Source of the DNA: an uncultured Candidatus Saccharibacteria bacterium
GTDB lineage: Bacteria > Patescibacteriota > WWE3 > UBA101185 > UBA10185
DNA: 64,000 bases
Direction: 5' to 3'
Assembly (NCBI GenBank): GCA_964387275.1
Contig: CAYLVW010000002.1
Location: 127,286-191,285 of the forward strand
The notes beneath the pieces are model-generated. The model ran no database searches. It saw nothing but the letters and a program-made list of their open reading frames with translations, and had not been told where the DNA came from. Positions within the stretch are counted from its first letter, which is position 1; every line of letters starts with the position of its first letter. Positions 37,897-46,869 of this stretch are shown here, in pieces. The position numbers were made by a program, and so were the translations under genes.

Positions 37897-38029
37897 ACTC
37901 TTATTGTACCAGAGTGTTTTTGTGTTTGATTTTTGGTAGGATTTGGCCACACGTTCTTGCCTACTGGCAATATGCGTGACTTCGGATTGTCACAACCGCG
38001 GTTTTATCTTTTGAATACCCAAGTAATAT

Positions 38030-38054
38030 AAAAATACCCGCAATTCTTGCGGAC
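38030..38054 (-). terminator. Orphaned terminator, likely the original tRNA-Asn terminator
   Basis: Minus strand CCGCAA-gaa-TTGCGG-GTATTTTT, lying ~16 nt outside the left att core. Confidence 0.6.
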
Positions 38055-38122
38055 TTACAAAGATTTTTATGGCTCTACATAGCAGAAGATGTTAGAAAGT
38101 GTTTTGTTTTACAGTAAGGATT

Positions 38123-38485
38123 TTAAAGCTTTGATAGTTCTTTTATCACGTCACTCACAAGAATATAAGACATTGATACAGCTAGAGCTGCTGTAACATA
38201 GGTTAACAGTTGTCTAACTTTTCCTCTAATAAATTTTGGCAGTAAATTTTGATATTTAAGTGTCCACAAGTTTTGCTGAATAAAATTATATAGAAAAAAC
38301 CAAGAGATAAAATTAACAAGACCTAAGTATCGGTTGGTAGTTTTGGTTGTAATGAACTCTAAACTGCCGAGTATCAATAACCACTCCATGTACTCAAACC
38401 ACACCTTTGCATATTTGCCATATTTGAAATATTCCTTAGCCTCAGTTTGCCAAGAATATTCTGAAGTATCTTTTATCTTTTGCAC
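38123..38485 (-). CDS. Small membrane protein (element cargo)
   Basis: 120 aa, about 3 hydrophobic segments, TATAAT 6 nt before the GTG. Confidence 0.7.
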   Translation of the reverse strand: MQKIKDTSEYSWQTEAKEYFKYGKYAKVWFEYMEWLLILGSLEFITTKTTNRYLGLVNFISWFFLYNFIQQNLWTLKYQNLLPKFIRGKVRQLLTYVTAALAVSMSYILVSDVIKELSKL

Positions 38486-38546
38486 GTTTTAATTATAACT
38501 TAGTAAATTGAGCTCAGGACGGTGAATACTCAAGTATTCGTTACAG

Positions 38547-41474
38547 TTAGCTCTCCGTTATCTCTTCAGGTTGGTTTGTTAAAACTCTAATTTGCGATTC
38601 ATTGAATAATGATGATGCTTTGTCAGTATATTTTTCTATAACATCGGCACCAATTCCTGATTCTTTTAGGCTTAATAAATGTTGATAAAATCTCTCAACT
38701 AGTTGTGGATCATCTGCTCCCTTAGTTTTATGGGACATTTCTAGTAATTTCAACTTATGCTCTCCTGATATCTGTTCTTTTTTATCATAAAAGCTAGTCA
38801 GTATTTGTTTGTTATTATTAAATTTATAGTTTCTATCCTCAGCAATAATTATGGCGTTATCTAAGTGATTAGAACTTATAAGCCTTTCTATAATGATGTC
38901 TTTAATGGCTTCATCAAAATGTTCCTTCATGAGATTGTAGATTTCCAAAGACCTTATCGAGGCACTCAAAACATTTTCACTGTTTTTTGTAACGACTTCT
39001 TTTCTCTCTTCCTCATCGAATAAAGCATAGCCTGTTGCATAGTCTGCATCAGAAGCAAAATTAGTAAATATGGATGCCTCTAATTCGTTTGCTCTTGAAT
39101 TATGCGGATAGAGAGATATTAGTCTTGCTAATCGGTAGATATCTTTTTTTTCATTCCAAACACCTGCTTGTTTATAAAATGTGCCTATTGTTAAGGTTAA
39201 GTTTTCCATTTGCGGTTGTAGTACCACATCTAAAGTTGGGACAATCCCTTTAAAGTTCTTAAGTATCTCATATGCAAATACGATCAACAGTTTCCTTTGC
39301 TCTCTCATAGGGTTGCTAGATTCTGTAGAAAAGATTTCATCAATCTTCCTAATAAATGTTTCAATAGATTTTTTATCAAAAATCTCTAAGAACTTTTTGA
39401 TGATTTGTATCTTATTTTCGAGTAAGGATATATCATCTATGTCGGTGTTTTTAATCCCTGCAATGAATTTAATCAATGTGTCCTCGAGTATAAACTCTCT
39501 CCTATCGGAATTATCTGCAAAGATTTCTAAGTACTCAGTTTGATAGTAAGCATTATTCAGTAAGTTCCTGATTTCACTTAAATATAGTTTAAAATAATCT
39601 TTGTTTGTGGAAATATATTGGAATATGTCTACAGCATTATCTTTCGTTATAGTAGGTTCCTTATCAGGTTCTTTTGCTCTGAGTATGTCAACATATTTTG
39701 CTGCTAAAAGGTTGTTTTGGTTTGGATTAATATTATTTTTTATTGTATCGACCGTTGGTTTGATTCTAAAGTTAGGATATGTGGCTAGATTATCTAGAGC
39801 CTTAATTATGGCGTGGTAAAGCTCATTAGCTAAACGATTGTTAACATTAACAGTTTCATCTCTGTAAAAAATTTCAATACAGCACGAACTTACAGGTTCA
39901 TATCGAGTCTTTTCACCCGCTGTTCTGTTTTGCTTAACATATTCGGCAGCCAATTCAAGGAAAATGTCCAAATTCTCCTCTTTTACAAAAGATTTGAATA
40001 ACTTCTCAGCACTTTCAACATCTCTATCTTGTGCAAAGGTTATAAATTGATCCCATCCATTTAGTCTTTTTTCTTCTGCAGATTGCTTAAACGTAATAAA
40101 CAATACTAGGTTTGAGCCATACGGAACTATAGACTCAGTATCTACAAGAAACTTTTCGCCTCTTTCATTAATTATTCCGTTATCATTTTTTGCATCTTCA
40201 ACAAAACTATTCCATGAGGTGGCTTCATATAATGCTTTCTCTTTTAACTTTGCATAAGTTGCAGGGAACTTCTCTTTGATAACTAACAGTTTAGCAATGA
40301 AAGCAATATTATTTTGATCTGCGATAAAGTTAAGGTCTTCAATATTGCCTTTTGCTATTCTGCTTTGCACAAGTAGTAGTTCTGCAATTAAGTTGTTTAT
40401 AAACTGTTTTATTTCCCTAGGGCTATTTCTGTAGGAGCTTGTAATAACTGATACTAGTTGAGAGTTGTTTTGAAGTAGTGGGAATTTTGAATTCTCAATT
40501 TGTTTTGTAACAAAATGGTCAAATTCCAAACTGTATGGTTTAGGAATTCTCAAAGTCAAATTAAAGAATTTTTTCAGATACTCGTTTGCATAGTCGTTTT
40601 GTTTTGTAGAATCTTTGTTATTTCCAAGGTAAACCTGTTCTATGTGTTCCTTTATAGCCTCTTCATCACAAGGTATTAGAAATACACAGTTATTTTCTCC
40701 TAAAAAAGTTTTTATCGTTGTAAGAAATGCTGACGCTTTGTGGTGAGCAGTTCTGTCTAGGTTGTCTAGTATAAATAATATCTTCTTATTTCGTAGCCTT
40801 TTATCTGAAATCAATTTTTTGAATTCCTTTTCGAATTCATCGGGCAATGATAGTTTGTCTTTTGTTAGAGTAATTTCATCCACTACCAAAACTTTATGTG
40901 GTAAGTCAATTAATATTGGTTTGAGTAAATGTAACTCTAGTACAGATAGTGCCCCCGAAATTAGTGTTATTAGTCCCCAATTATCAGCATTTTTAAAAAA
41001 GTAATTAAAAATTAATATTACAATTACTAGAGTTAGAACAAAAAATGGTGTGAGTAAGTATAGGCTTCTTACTAACTCATGTGAACGGAACTTGATCCCG
41101 ATATCCTCTTTTTTCTCGATTGAATAGGCAAATGCTTTACTAAGTTCTTTGGCTTTTTTTTCTCCCAAAAGTTCAGTAGCCGCTGTTAGTAAAAATTGTC
41201 TTCTTAAGGAGTCATTCTCATACTTCCATACGTCAAAGTACACGACTTTTATATCTGAATTCCTTAGCTTATCCTCGATAAGCTTGGCTATTATTGTTTT
41301 GCCTGTACCCCATTTACTAAATAATCCTATGGTAAATGGAGGCTTTGCTGAAGATACTATTTTCACTAATGTATCTGCTACTTCCTCATGCCCAAAATCT
41401 ATATCTGTTAATGAAGGATCATCGGGTAATAGTTCAAAGTCTATTGTATTCTCATTGCTGTTGGATTTTTTCAT
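38547..41474 (-). CDS. KAP-family P-loop NTPase with a long helical C-terminus
   Basis: PFTIGLFSKWGTGKT (Walker A), FDVWKY, two inserted TM helices, FILDNLDR (Walker B), EYLKKFF, PREIKQFIN. Confidence 0.92.
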   Translation of the reverse strand: MKKSNSNENTIDFELLPDDPSLTDIDFGHEEVADTLVKIVSSAKPPFTIGLFSKWGTGKTIIAKLIEDKLRNSDIKVVYFDVWKYENDSLRRQFLLTAATELLGEKKAKELSKAFAYSIEKKEDIGIKFRSHELVRSLYLLTPFFVLTLVIVILIFNYFFKNADNWGLITLISGALSVLELHLLKPILIDLPHKVLVVDEITLTKDKLSLPDEFEKEFKKLISDKRLRNKKILFILDNLDRTAHHKASAFLTTIKTFLGENNCVFLIPCDEEAIKEHIEQVYLGNNKDSTKQNDYANEYLKKFFNLTLRIPKPYSLEFDHFVTKQIENSKFPLLQNNSQLVSVITSSYRNSPREIKQFINNLIAELLLVQSRIAKGNIEDLNFIADQNNIAFIAKLLVIKEKFPATYAKLKEKALYEATSWNSFVEDAKNDNGIINERGEKFLVDTESIVPYGSNLVLFITFKQSAEEKRLNGWDQFITFAQDRDVESAEKLFKSFVKEENLDIFLELAAEYVKQNRTAGEKTRYEPVSSCCIEIFYRDETVNVNNRLANELYHAIIKALDNLATYPNFRIKPTVDTIKNNINPNQNNLLAAKYVDILRAKEPDKEPTITKDNAVDIFQYISTNKDYFKLYLSEIRNLLNNAYYQTEYLEIFADNSDRREFILEDTLIKFIAGIKNTDIDDISLLENKIQIIKKFLEIFDKKSIETFIRKIDEIFSTESSNPMREQRKLLIVFAYEILKNFKGIVPTLDVVLQPQMENLTLTIGTFYKQAGVWNEKKDIYRLARLISLYPHNSRANELEASIFTNFASDADYATGYALFDEEERKEVVTKNSENVLSASIRSLEIYNLMKEHFDEAIKDIIIERLISSNHLDNAIIIAEDRNYKFNNNKQILTSFYDKKEQISGEHKLKLLEMSHKTKGADDPQLVERFYQHLLSLKESGIGADVIEKYTDKASSLFNESQIRVLTNQPEEITES

Positions 41475-41567
41475 ATTAATATTAATTTCTATTCATACTA
41501 ACCGATATTATAACTCCGTTAGGTATTTTTTACTTATAAATGGCAGTTTTGGCAGGTTTACGTCTGT

Positions 41568-41918
41568 CTATAGTAATGAGGACAGTCTTCTTAGATCCTT
41601 AAGGCTTTCACAAAAAGCTCCATAGCGTTTTTCGAGCTTTGGATCGTCTTCAATAATGCTAGAAATTTCTGATGCTAATCTATCTCGCCATTTCTTTAAT
41701 TCATTCCAATCTTTCGTATCGAAATGATCTGCAACTCTCCAATCAGTAGAATTCCCAAACATATTTAGAAGAAAGTTAAAACTTCTTTCAGCAGTACGCA
41801 ATTCGGCTAACTGCTTTGCATCCAAGTGTTTTTGACTAGTTATTTCTTCTAACAAATCATCTAGAAGTTCAATATAATTAAGCAAAAATTGTTTGTATGC
41901 TATTGGGTTTTTATACAT
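41568..41918 (-). CDS. Hypothetical helical protein
   Basis: Start reassigned to ATG 41918 (TATAAT upstream). Confidence 0.65.
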   Translation of the reverse strand: MYKNPIAYKQFLLNYIELLDDLLEEITSQKHLDAKQLAELRTAERSFNFLLNMFGNSTDWRVADHFDTKDWNELKKWRDRLASEISSIIEDDPKLEKRYGAFCESLKDLRRLSSLL

Positions 41919-41974
41919 TCTAAATTCATTATAGTACAAGCATATCTGCTGTCTATCTAGGCTATAATGTAAGT

Positions 41975-42424
41975 ATGTCAACAATAAGACAAAGGAAAGC
42001 CATTCAAAAATTATCTGAAAACCTACGAAATGTAGATAATAAACCTATTTCTATGGGAAAAATTTTACGAGAGTCAGGTTATTCAGAGGCAGTATCAAAG
42101 AAACCGAAGCTAGTTACAGAAAGCTTAGGGTGGAAAGACCTCATAGAGTCCTACCTTCCTGACGAAAAACTGTTACAAAGCCTTGTAGAGATGCTAAACA
42201 TGCCTTCTATTACTACTGTCCGTAACGACAAAGGTAAAGTGATTAGAGAAGTCACTGAAACAAATGGGTCAATCAAGGCTAGAGGGTTGGATATGATTTT
42301 GAAAGTAAAAGGTAAGTATGTAGCGGAAAAGGTAATAACAGAAGATCCTTATGCAGACATGAGTGACTCTGAAATAGAGGCTAAGATCAACAGATTGCAT
42401 CAGGAACGCAACTCATTTAATTAG
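41975..42424 (+). CDS. Terminase small subunit-like protein
   Basis: RQRKA...ILRESGYS HTH, oligomerisation helices, RGLDMILKVKGKY and a DMSDSEIEAKI tail. Confidence 0.65.
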   Translation: MSTIRQRKAIQKLSENLRNVDNKPISMGKILRESGYSEAVSKKPKLVTESLGWKDLIESYLPDEKLLQSLVEMLNMPSITTVRNDKGKVIREVTETNGSIKARGLDMILKVKGKYVAEKVITEDPYADMSDSEIEAKINRLHQERNSFN

Positions 42425-42964
42425 GTTATAGTTCTTGTACACATTTTCCCAATAGCCTGAAAGTTTATTTAGAAACATGGAAACTATGTCTGTGGCAATT
42501 GGATTTATAAAAAATGGCTTATCCTTTGTTCCCTTTATCAGTATTTTATCAATGTTTTTACCTAGCCATTGATTGAGAAGTATTATTGCAACTCCCTCGA
42601 GTCCTTTTTGGCGGTTACCACCGTTTTCATATGCTTCCAAGTAATCTATAACTTCTTTTACTGCATAATTCTCAGTACTCTCGGTTCTTAGACCACTCAT
42701 TATATGAAGGGCTAGTCTTTTACTTTGCTCCTGAGGAAAAAAGCTTTCTACTGAGGCTATTCCTAAAGCAATAAGAGCAAAGCTTAAGTTTAAAGCACAA
42801 AGGTTATCATCAAGGAAAACAAAGTTGTTGTTGTAAAAATTATTTTGAAAGTGTTTCTTTATTTCTAGCCATGCTTTGTCACTTCCTTTTACACAATCTA
42901 ATACAAAAGAAGCGGACGCTACTTTTTCATCTAGATTTTTCTTAGATACCAAAAAATTAAGCAT
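42413..42964 (-). CDS. Hypothetical protein
   Basis: 183-aa ORF downstream of a structured leader. Confidence 0.75.
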   Translation of the reverse strand: MLNFLVSKKNLDEKVASASFVLDCVKGSDKAWLEIKKHFQNNFYNNNFVFLDDNLCALNLSFALIALGIASVESFFPQEQSKRLALHIMSGLRTESTENYAVKEVIDYLEAYENGGNRQKGLEGVAIILLNQWLGKNIDKILIKGTKDKPFFINPIATDIVSMFLNKLSGYWENVYKNYNLIK

Positions 42965-43003
42965 ATTTACATTTCCATAGTTAGGGGATTAGCAAAACAA
43001 TAA

Positions 43004-43141
43004 GAGCTCCCCACTAGTCTGAACCCTTTCGGGCTCACATAATCGTTTCCGACTATGACCTGATCAAGTAACTAAATGGAGAGCTTCCATTTCTTGATCA
43101 GGTTTTATCGCCATGCCTTAGACGAATCTAAAGTTTAGGCA
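43004..43141 (-). ncRNA. Putative structured RNA/leader with GAAA and UUCG tetraloops and a pseudoknot-like pairing
   Basis: See finding; the G-U pairs favour the minus strand. Confidence 0.55.
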
Positions 43142-43192
43142 ACATTAAGTTGTGTGCTTATTTTACTACAGAATGCTTTAGAATAAAGAAGT

Positions 43193-43846
43193 ATGAAGGA
43201 TAGATATGGAAAAATGATGAAAATAGTATATACGCCTGATTTCAAGAAATGGCTTGATAAATGGAAAGCTTTTGTATCTAGTAAAAACATTCCTAGCAAA
43301 AAAGATTTACCTAACAAGTGCGAAAGTGAGTTATTAACTTTGCTTAAATCTCACAATATCGGCTATTCATGGAAAGACCCGCTGATAAATTCCCTGTTTC
43401 TTGAATTACTTGATTTACCGTTGGATGATGGTATTCACATAGAAGTAGGCGGTACGGCGATTACAGAAGTGTCTTTAACAGCTAAAACTTTTGTGGTTGA
43501 TGAGGGTAGAAAATTGGAAGGTGTGCGTATTGTTATTACTAAGGATATATCCCCTCATGAACTTAGTAGTTTCATTAAAAAATACCAAACGTTGTTACAT
43601 GGACTTTATAAGCACTTAGGATTACCTGCTTCTGTGAAAGAGGGTTATGATGTGAACATCGTTAATGCCATAGTGACTATGCGGGATAAAAAGAAAATGA
43701 AATTCAAAGATATTGCTACGTTTCTATACGACGCATATTCAGAGCAGGAAAAACCCAAACAATCCCTCGAAAGATTTAATGAAACTAATGTTCAGAAAAT
43801 ATACAGCGATTTTAAGAAGTCCCTACCAAAAACCAACAAAAAGTGA
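43193..43846 (+). CDS. Hypothetical protein with a possible C-terminal HTH
   Basis: MRDKKKMKFKDIA...NVQKIY pattern. Confidence 0.7.
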   Translation: MKDRYGKMMKIVYTPDFKKWLDKWKAFVSSKNIPSKKDLPNKCESELLTLLKSHNIGYSWKDPLINSLFLELLDLPLDDGIHIEVGGTAITEVSLTAKTFVVDEGRKLEGVRIVITKDISPHELSSFIKKYQTLLHGLYKHLGLPASVKEGYDVNIVNAIVTMRDKKKMKFKDIATFLYDAYSEQEKPKQSLERFNETNVQKIYSDFKKSLPKTNKK

Positions 43847-43898
43847 ACTGCTTTTTGTTGTGTAGTTAACAACATCTTGCACATAACATTGCATCAAT

Positions 43899-44162
43899 AT
43901 GAAAGATGCAATGGAAATCACACAGAAAAATATTCCCGTTTCAGACTTAGGTTTAGTAGCTGCCCTGTCCTTGTCATTCCAATATGAAGCTTATAGGCAA
44001 CCAAACGACGCAAAAGTTTATTTCCTATTTGAAAATGTACTCTCGGTAAGGAAAGCTATCGAGGACTATTGGGAAGGAAATCTTATAGTTAGTGCTAGGG
44101 CTTATTCGGAACAGCTTAAAAACACTAAATCTAAGATTTATGGTGGAGCATGGAGAAACTAA
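43899..44162 (+). CDS. DUF5659-like small protein
   Basis: SDLGLVAAL...VYFLF...YWEG.L.V....Y...LK..K.KIY. Confidence 0.7.
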   Translation: MKDAMEITQKNIPVSDLGLVAALSLSFQYEAYRQPNDAKVYFLFENVLSVRKAIEDYWEGNLIVSARAYSEQLKNTKSKIYGGAWRN

Positions 44163-44294
44163 GCAAAAATGCAATAGTTTCATATAGATCCATATATCAA
44201 AAAAAGTATGGTGTGTTACTACCTTTTGAAGTAGCGAGAACACAAGCTGAAAATTTATTAACCTTTCTATTTCTTAAAGCCAAGTTGAATGTAA

Positions 44295-44768
44295 ATGAAT
44301 ATGTACGAGAACCTAAAAACACCCAATAACATTAAAGAATACCCATTTACACCTATACCGCATGTGATTTTGGATGTACTTATAGCAGATAAGAGGTTTG
44401 ATAAAAATTGCCAAAAGGTCTTATTACTTATAATTCGGCTGACGTACGGTATTGACCTCAAAAAAAAGAGAAGGGGTAGGTGGGCAGATATACGTAAAAG
44501 CCAATTTAGAGCCTGTGGTATTTCCTCAACGCATATAGATCCAATTTTAGAAAAACTTCTCGCTATGGAGGTGATTAGAAAAGAACCGCCAAATTATTAT
44601 TCGATAAATGTAGATACCTTTGAAAGTTCTTTAGAGGGCTATCTGCTGTCAGATTTGTTGTGTCTGCATATTAGTCAACCGAAAGCAACTGCGGATACAT
44701 CTAGTGAAAGGCTTATAAACTTGAGTTCCCAAAATGGTATCTATTTAGAGAAGTCAGATGTGGGATAA
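44295..44768 (+). CDS. Phage lambda O-like replication initiator, N-terminal winged helix (possibly truncated)
   Basis: FTPIPH.ILD.L...KVLLLIIRLTYG...W..I..SQF...GIS...LEKL....VI. Confidence 0.75.
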   Translation: MNMYENLKTPNNIKEYPFTPIPHVILDVLIADKRFDKNCQKVLLLIIRLTYGIDLKKKRRGRWADIRKSQFRACGISSTHIDPILEKLLAMEVIRKEPPNYYSINVDTFESSLEGYLLSDLLCLHISQPKATADTSSERLINLSSQNGIYLEKSDVG

Positions 44769-44906
44769 ATGTAATATTGTCAGTCAGAAATAGGTGTCGA
44801 TCCTGTTACTAAAGAAAGAAATAAATAAAAAAATAAATAAATCAAAAAAAAGTGGAAACAGTCCAACAATATTTGAACTTTTGTATTCTTTAGTATTTAA
44901 TTAATC

Positions 44907-44986
44907 TGATAACCACAATACATTAAAGTCAGGAATGACCGTTCTGTCATGCCTTTAATGGTGTGGTTATCAACAGAACGGTCATT
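44907..44986 (+). promoter_or_regulatory. Interleaved inverted repeats (A-B-A'-B') immediately upstream of the recombinase ATG
   Basis: 44907-44928 pairs with 44953-44972; 44934-44947 pairs perfectly with 44973-44986. Confidence 0.6.
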
Positions 44987-44989
44987 TTT

Positions 44990-46624
44990 ATGCAAAGATC
45001 TAACAACAAGTATTTCTTATATGTGCGAAAGTCGTCAGAGTCCGAAGATAAACAAGTTCTTTCTATCGATTCTCAAATAAATGAACTAACAGAATTAGCT
45101 AGAAGACTTGGTTTGGATATTGTTGAAATCTTTAAGGAAACCAAGTCAGCCAAAGCCCCCGGAAGACCCGTATTTAATGAAATGATAGAAAGACTTAAAA
45201 GAGAGCATGTAGCAGGGATTCTATGTTGGAAAGTGGATAGGTTAGCGCGAAATCCTGTAGATGGAGGAACAATCATTTGGGCTATTAAGGAAGATGGTAT
45301 TTCTATAGTCTCATCATCTCAAACCTATACCCCCGACTCTGATACAAGCCTTTTGATGTATGTAGAGTTTGGCATGGCTCAAAAGTATGTCGATGATTTA
45401 TCTAAAAATGTCAAAAGAGGATTGAAGATGAAACTAGAACTTGGATGGTATCCTTTTGTCGCTCCCCAAGGCTATCTTAACACTCCCGATAGGCAAAAAG
45501 GATACAAAATTATAGTTAATGATTCTGAACGCTTTCACTTGGTAAGAAAGATGTGGGATTTAATTCTCACGGGGAGTTATACAGTGCCTCAAATACTTTT
45601 TATCGCAAACAACGAGTGGGGGTATAGAAGCATCAAGCGAAGGAGGAGTGGCGGAAATCCAATTTCTAGAAGCTGTCTTTACGAAGTTTTTACTAACCCT
45701 TTCTATTATGGTGAATTTGAAGTGAATGGAACTTTTTACAAAGGTAGTCACAGTGCAATGATAAGTTATGAGGAGTTTGAAAAGGTTCAAGTGCTCTTGG
45801 GACGTAAGGGAAAACCACGTCCGCAAAAGCACCTTTCGGCTTTTACGGGGTTTTTAAGATGCAGTGAATGTAACTGTTTTGTAACAGCAACTCACAAAGC
45901 TAAATTTTATGAGAAGACCAAAAATTTAGCTCACTACGATTACTACCATTGCACAAGAAAGAACAAATCTGTGAAATGCACTCAACCAACTGTAAAAGAG
46001 TCTGATATGGATAACCAAATGTTTGAATTACTTATGAGTGTCAGGGTTGACCCTGCATTCAAAGATTGGGCACTTACATACCTCTCAGAAATATTCAAAT
46101 ATGAAAATAAGAATAATGAGCAAGTACATGAAAACTTATATAAAGAGGAAAAAGCCATCAAATTTAGGTTAAATACTCTGTTTGAAATGCGTTTGAATGG
46201 AGAGGTTACGGAAGATGAATACAAAGAAAAGAAAGTCGAACTAGAGGCGACTCTCAAGTTTTGTAGGGAGAAAATAGGTGATTCTAACCATCAATTTGAC
46301 TCTTGGTTAAAGAAAGTAGAGGAAGCATTTAATACTGCTGAAAGAATACAAAAGGTGGTCGACGATAGTGGTAATTTGAGTCTGTCAAAAACAAACCATA
46401 CAAAGCTTTTAGAAATCAAAGAACTAATCCAACGAACAGGCTCGAACTTCTTCTTAAACTATGGGAAAGTGCAGTATGAACTGAAAAAACCCTTTTATGT
46501 ATTCAAAGATGTTTCAGATGGAAAGTATACTGATACAAGTCGGCTAGAACCTTTAGAATATGCTGATATGGTAATGAAAAGTGGACTTGAAAAACCTGAA
46601 AGTCTTTCATGGCTCCTCCGGTAG
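44990..46624 (+). CDS. Large serine recombinase (resolvase + recombinase + Zn ribbon + coiled coil)
   Basis: YVRKSS, SIDSQ, SAKAPGRPVF, DRLARN, NPFYYG, CSEC...C...C; the stop lies inside tRNA-Asn. Confidence 0.95.
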   Translation: MQRSNNKYFLYVRKSSESEDKQVLSIDSQINELTELARRLGLDIVEIFKETKSAKAPGRPVFNEMIERLKREHVAGILCWKVDRLARNPVDGGTIIWAIKEDGISIVSSSQTYTPDSDTSLLMYVEFGMAQKYVDDLSKNVKRGLKMKLELGWYPFVAPQGYLNTPDRQKGYKIIVNDSERFHLVRKMWDLILTGSYTVPQILFIANNEWGYRSIKRRRSGGNPISRSCLYEVFTNPFYYGEFEVNGTFYKGSHSAMISYEEFEKVQVLLGRKGKPRPQKHLSAFTGFLRCSECNCFVTATHKAKFYEKTKNLAHYDYYHCTRKNKSVKCTQPTVKESDMDNQMFELLMSVRVDPAFKDWALTYLSEIFKYENKNNEQVHENLYKEEKAIKFRLNTLFEMRLNGEVTEDEYKEKKVELEATLKFCREKIGDSNHQFDSWLKKVEEAFNTAERIQKVVDDSGNLSLSKTNHTKLLEIKELIQRTGSNFFLNYGKVQYELKKPFYVFKDVSDGKYTDTSRLEPLEYADMVMKSGLEKPESLSWLLR

Positions 46625-46684
46625 GATTCGAACCTACAACCTCGAAGTTAACAGCTTCTTGCTCTACCATTGAGCTACAGAGGA
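46610..46684 (-). tRNA. tRNA-Asn(GTT)
   Basis: Cloverleaf TCCTCTG...ct-GTT-aa...TTCGAAT...CGGAGGA-G-CCA. Confidence 0.95.
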
Positions 46685-46869
46685 TTAGTGACTCTAAATA
46701 TTGTTTTAAAGCAACGCTATGTTACCAAAAAGACTTTGTCGGATCAATTAGTTTGCACCACAAATTTTTAGCTTTTCTGCCTTTTAAGCATAAATAAGAC
46801 CTATAGTTTGCATTGTTGACTACGTTTGGTTATAATCATTCCAGCAATCTTTTCAAGGAGAGAGAGATC

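Larger units (their letters stand above)
38069..46615. mobile_element. Integrated ~8.5 kb serine-recombinase element (candidate phage satellite) at the tRNA-Asn 3' end
   Basis: ATGGCTC core repeated at 38069-38075 and 46609-46615; encodes recombinase, Rep-O-like, DUF5659-like, TerS-like and KAP NTPase proteins. Confidence 0.75.

Noticed and set aside
35060-37950. Integron cassette array
   Set aside because: No consistent RYYYAAC...GTTRRRY attC pairs on the gene strand and no integron integrase.
46609-46797. 62-aa ORF MAPPVGFEPTT, and the similar 57778-58008 ORF
   Set aside because: Translations of tRNA sequence.
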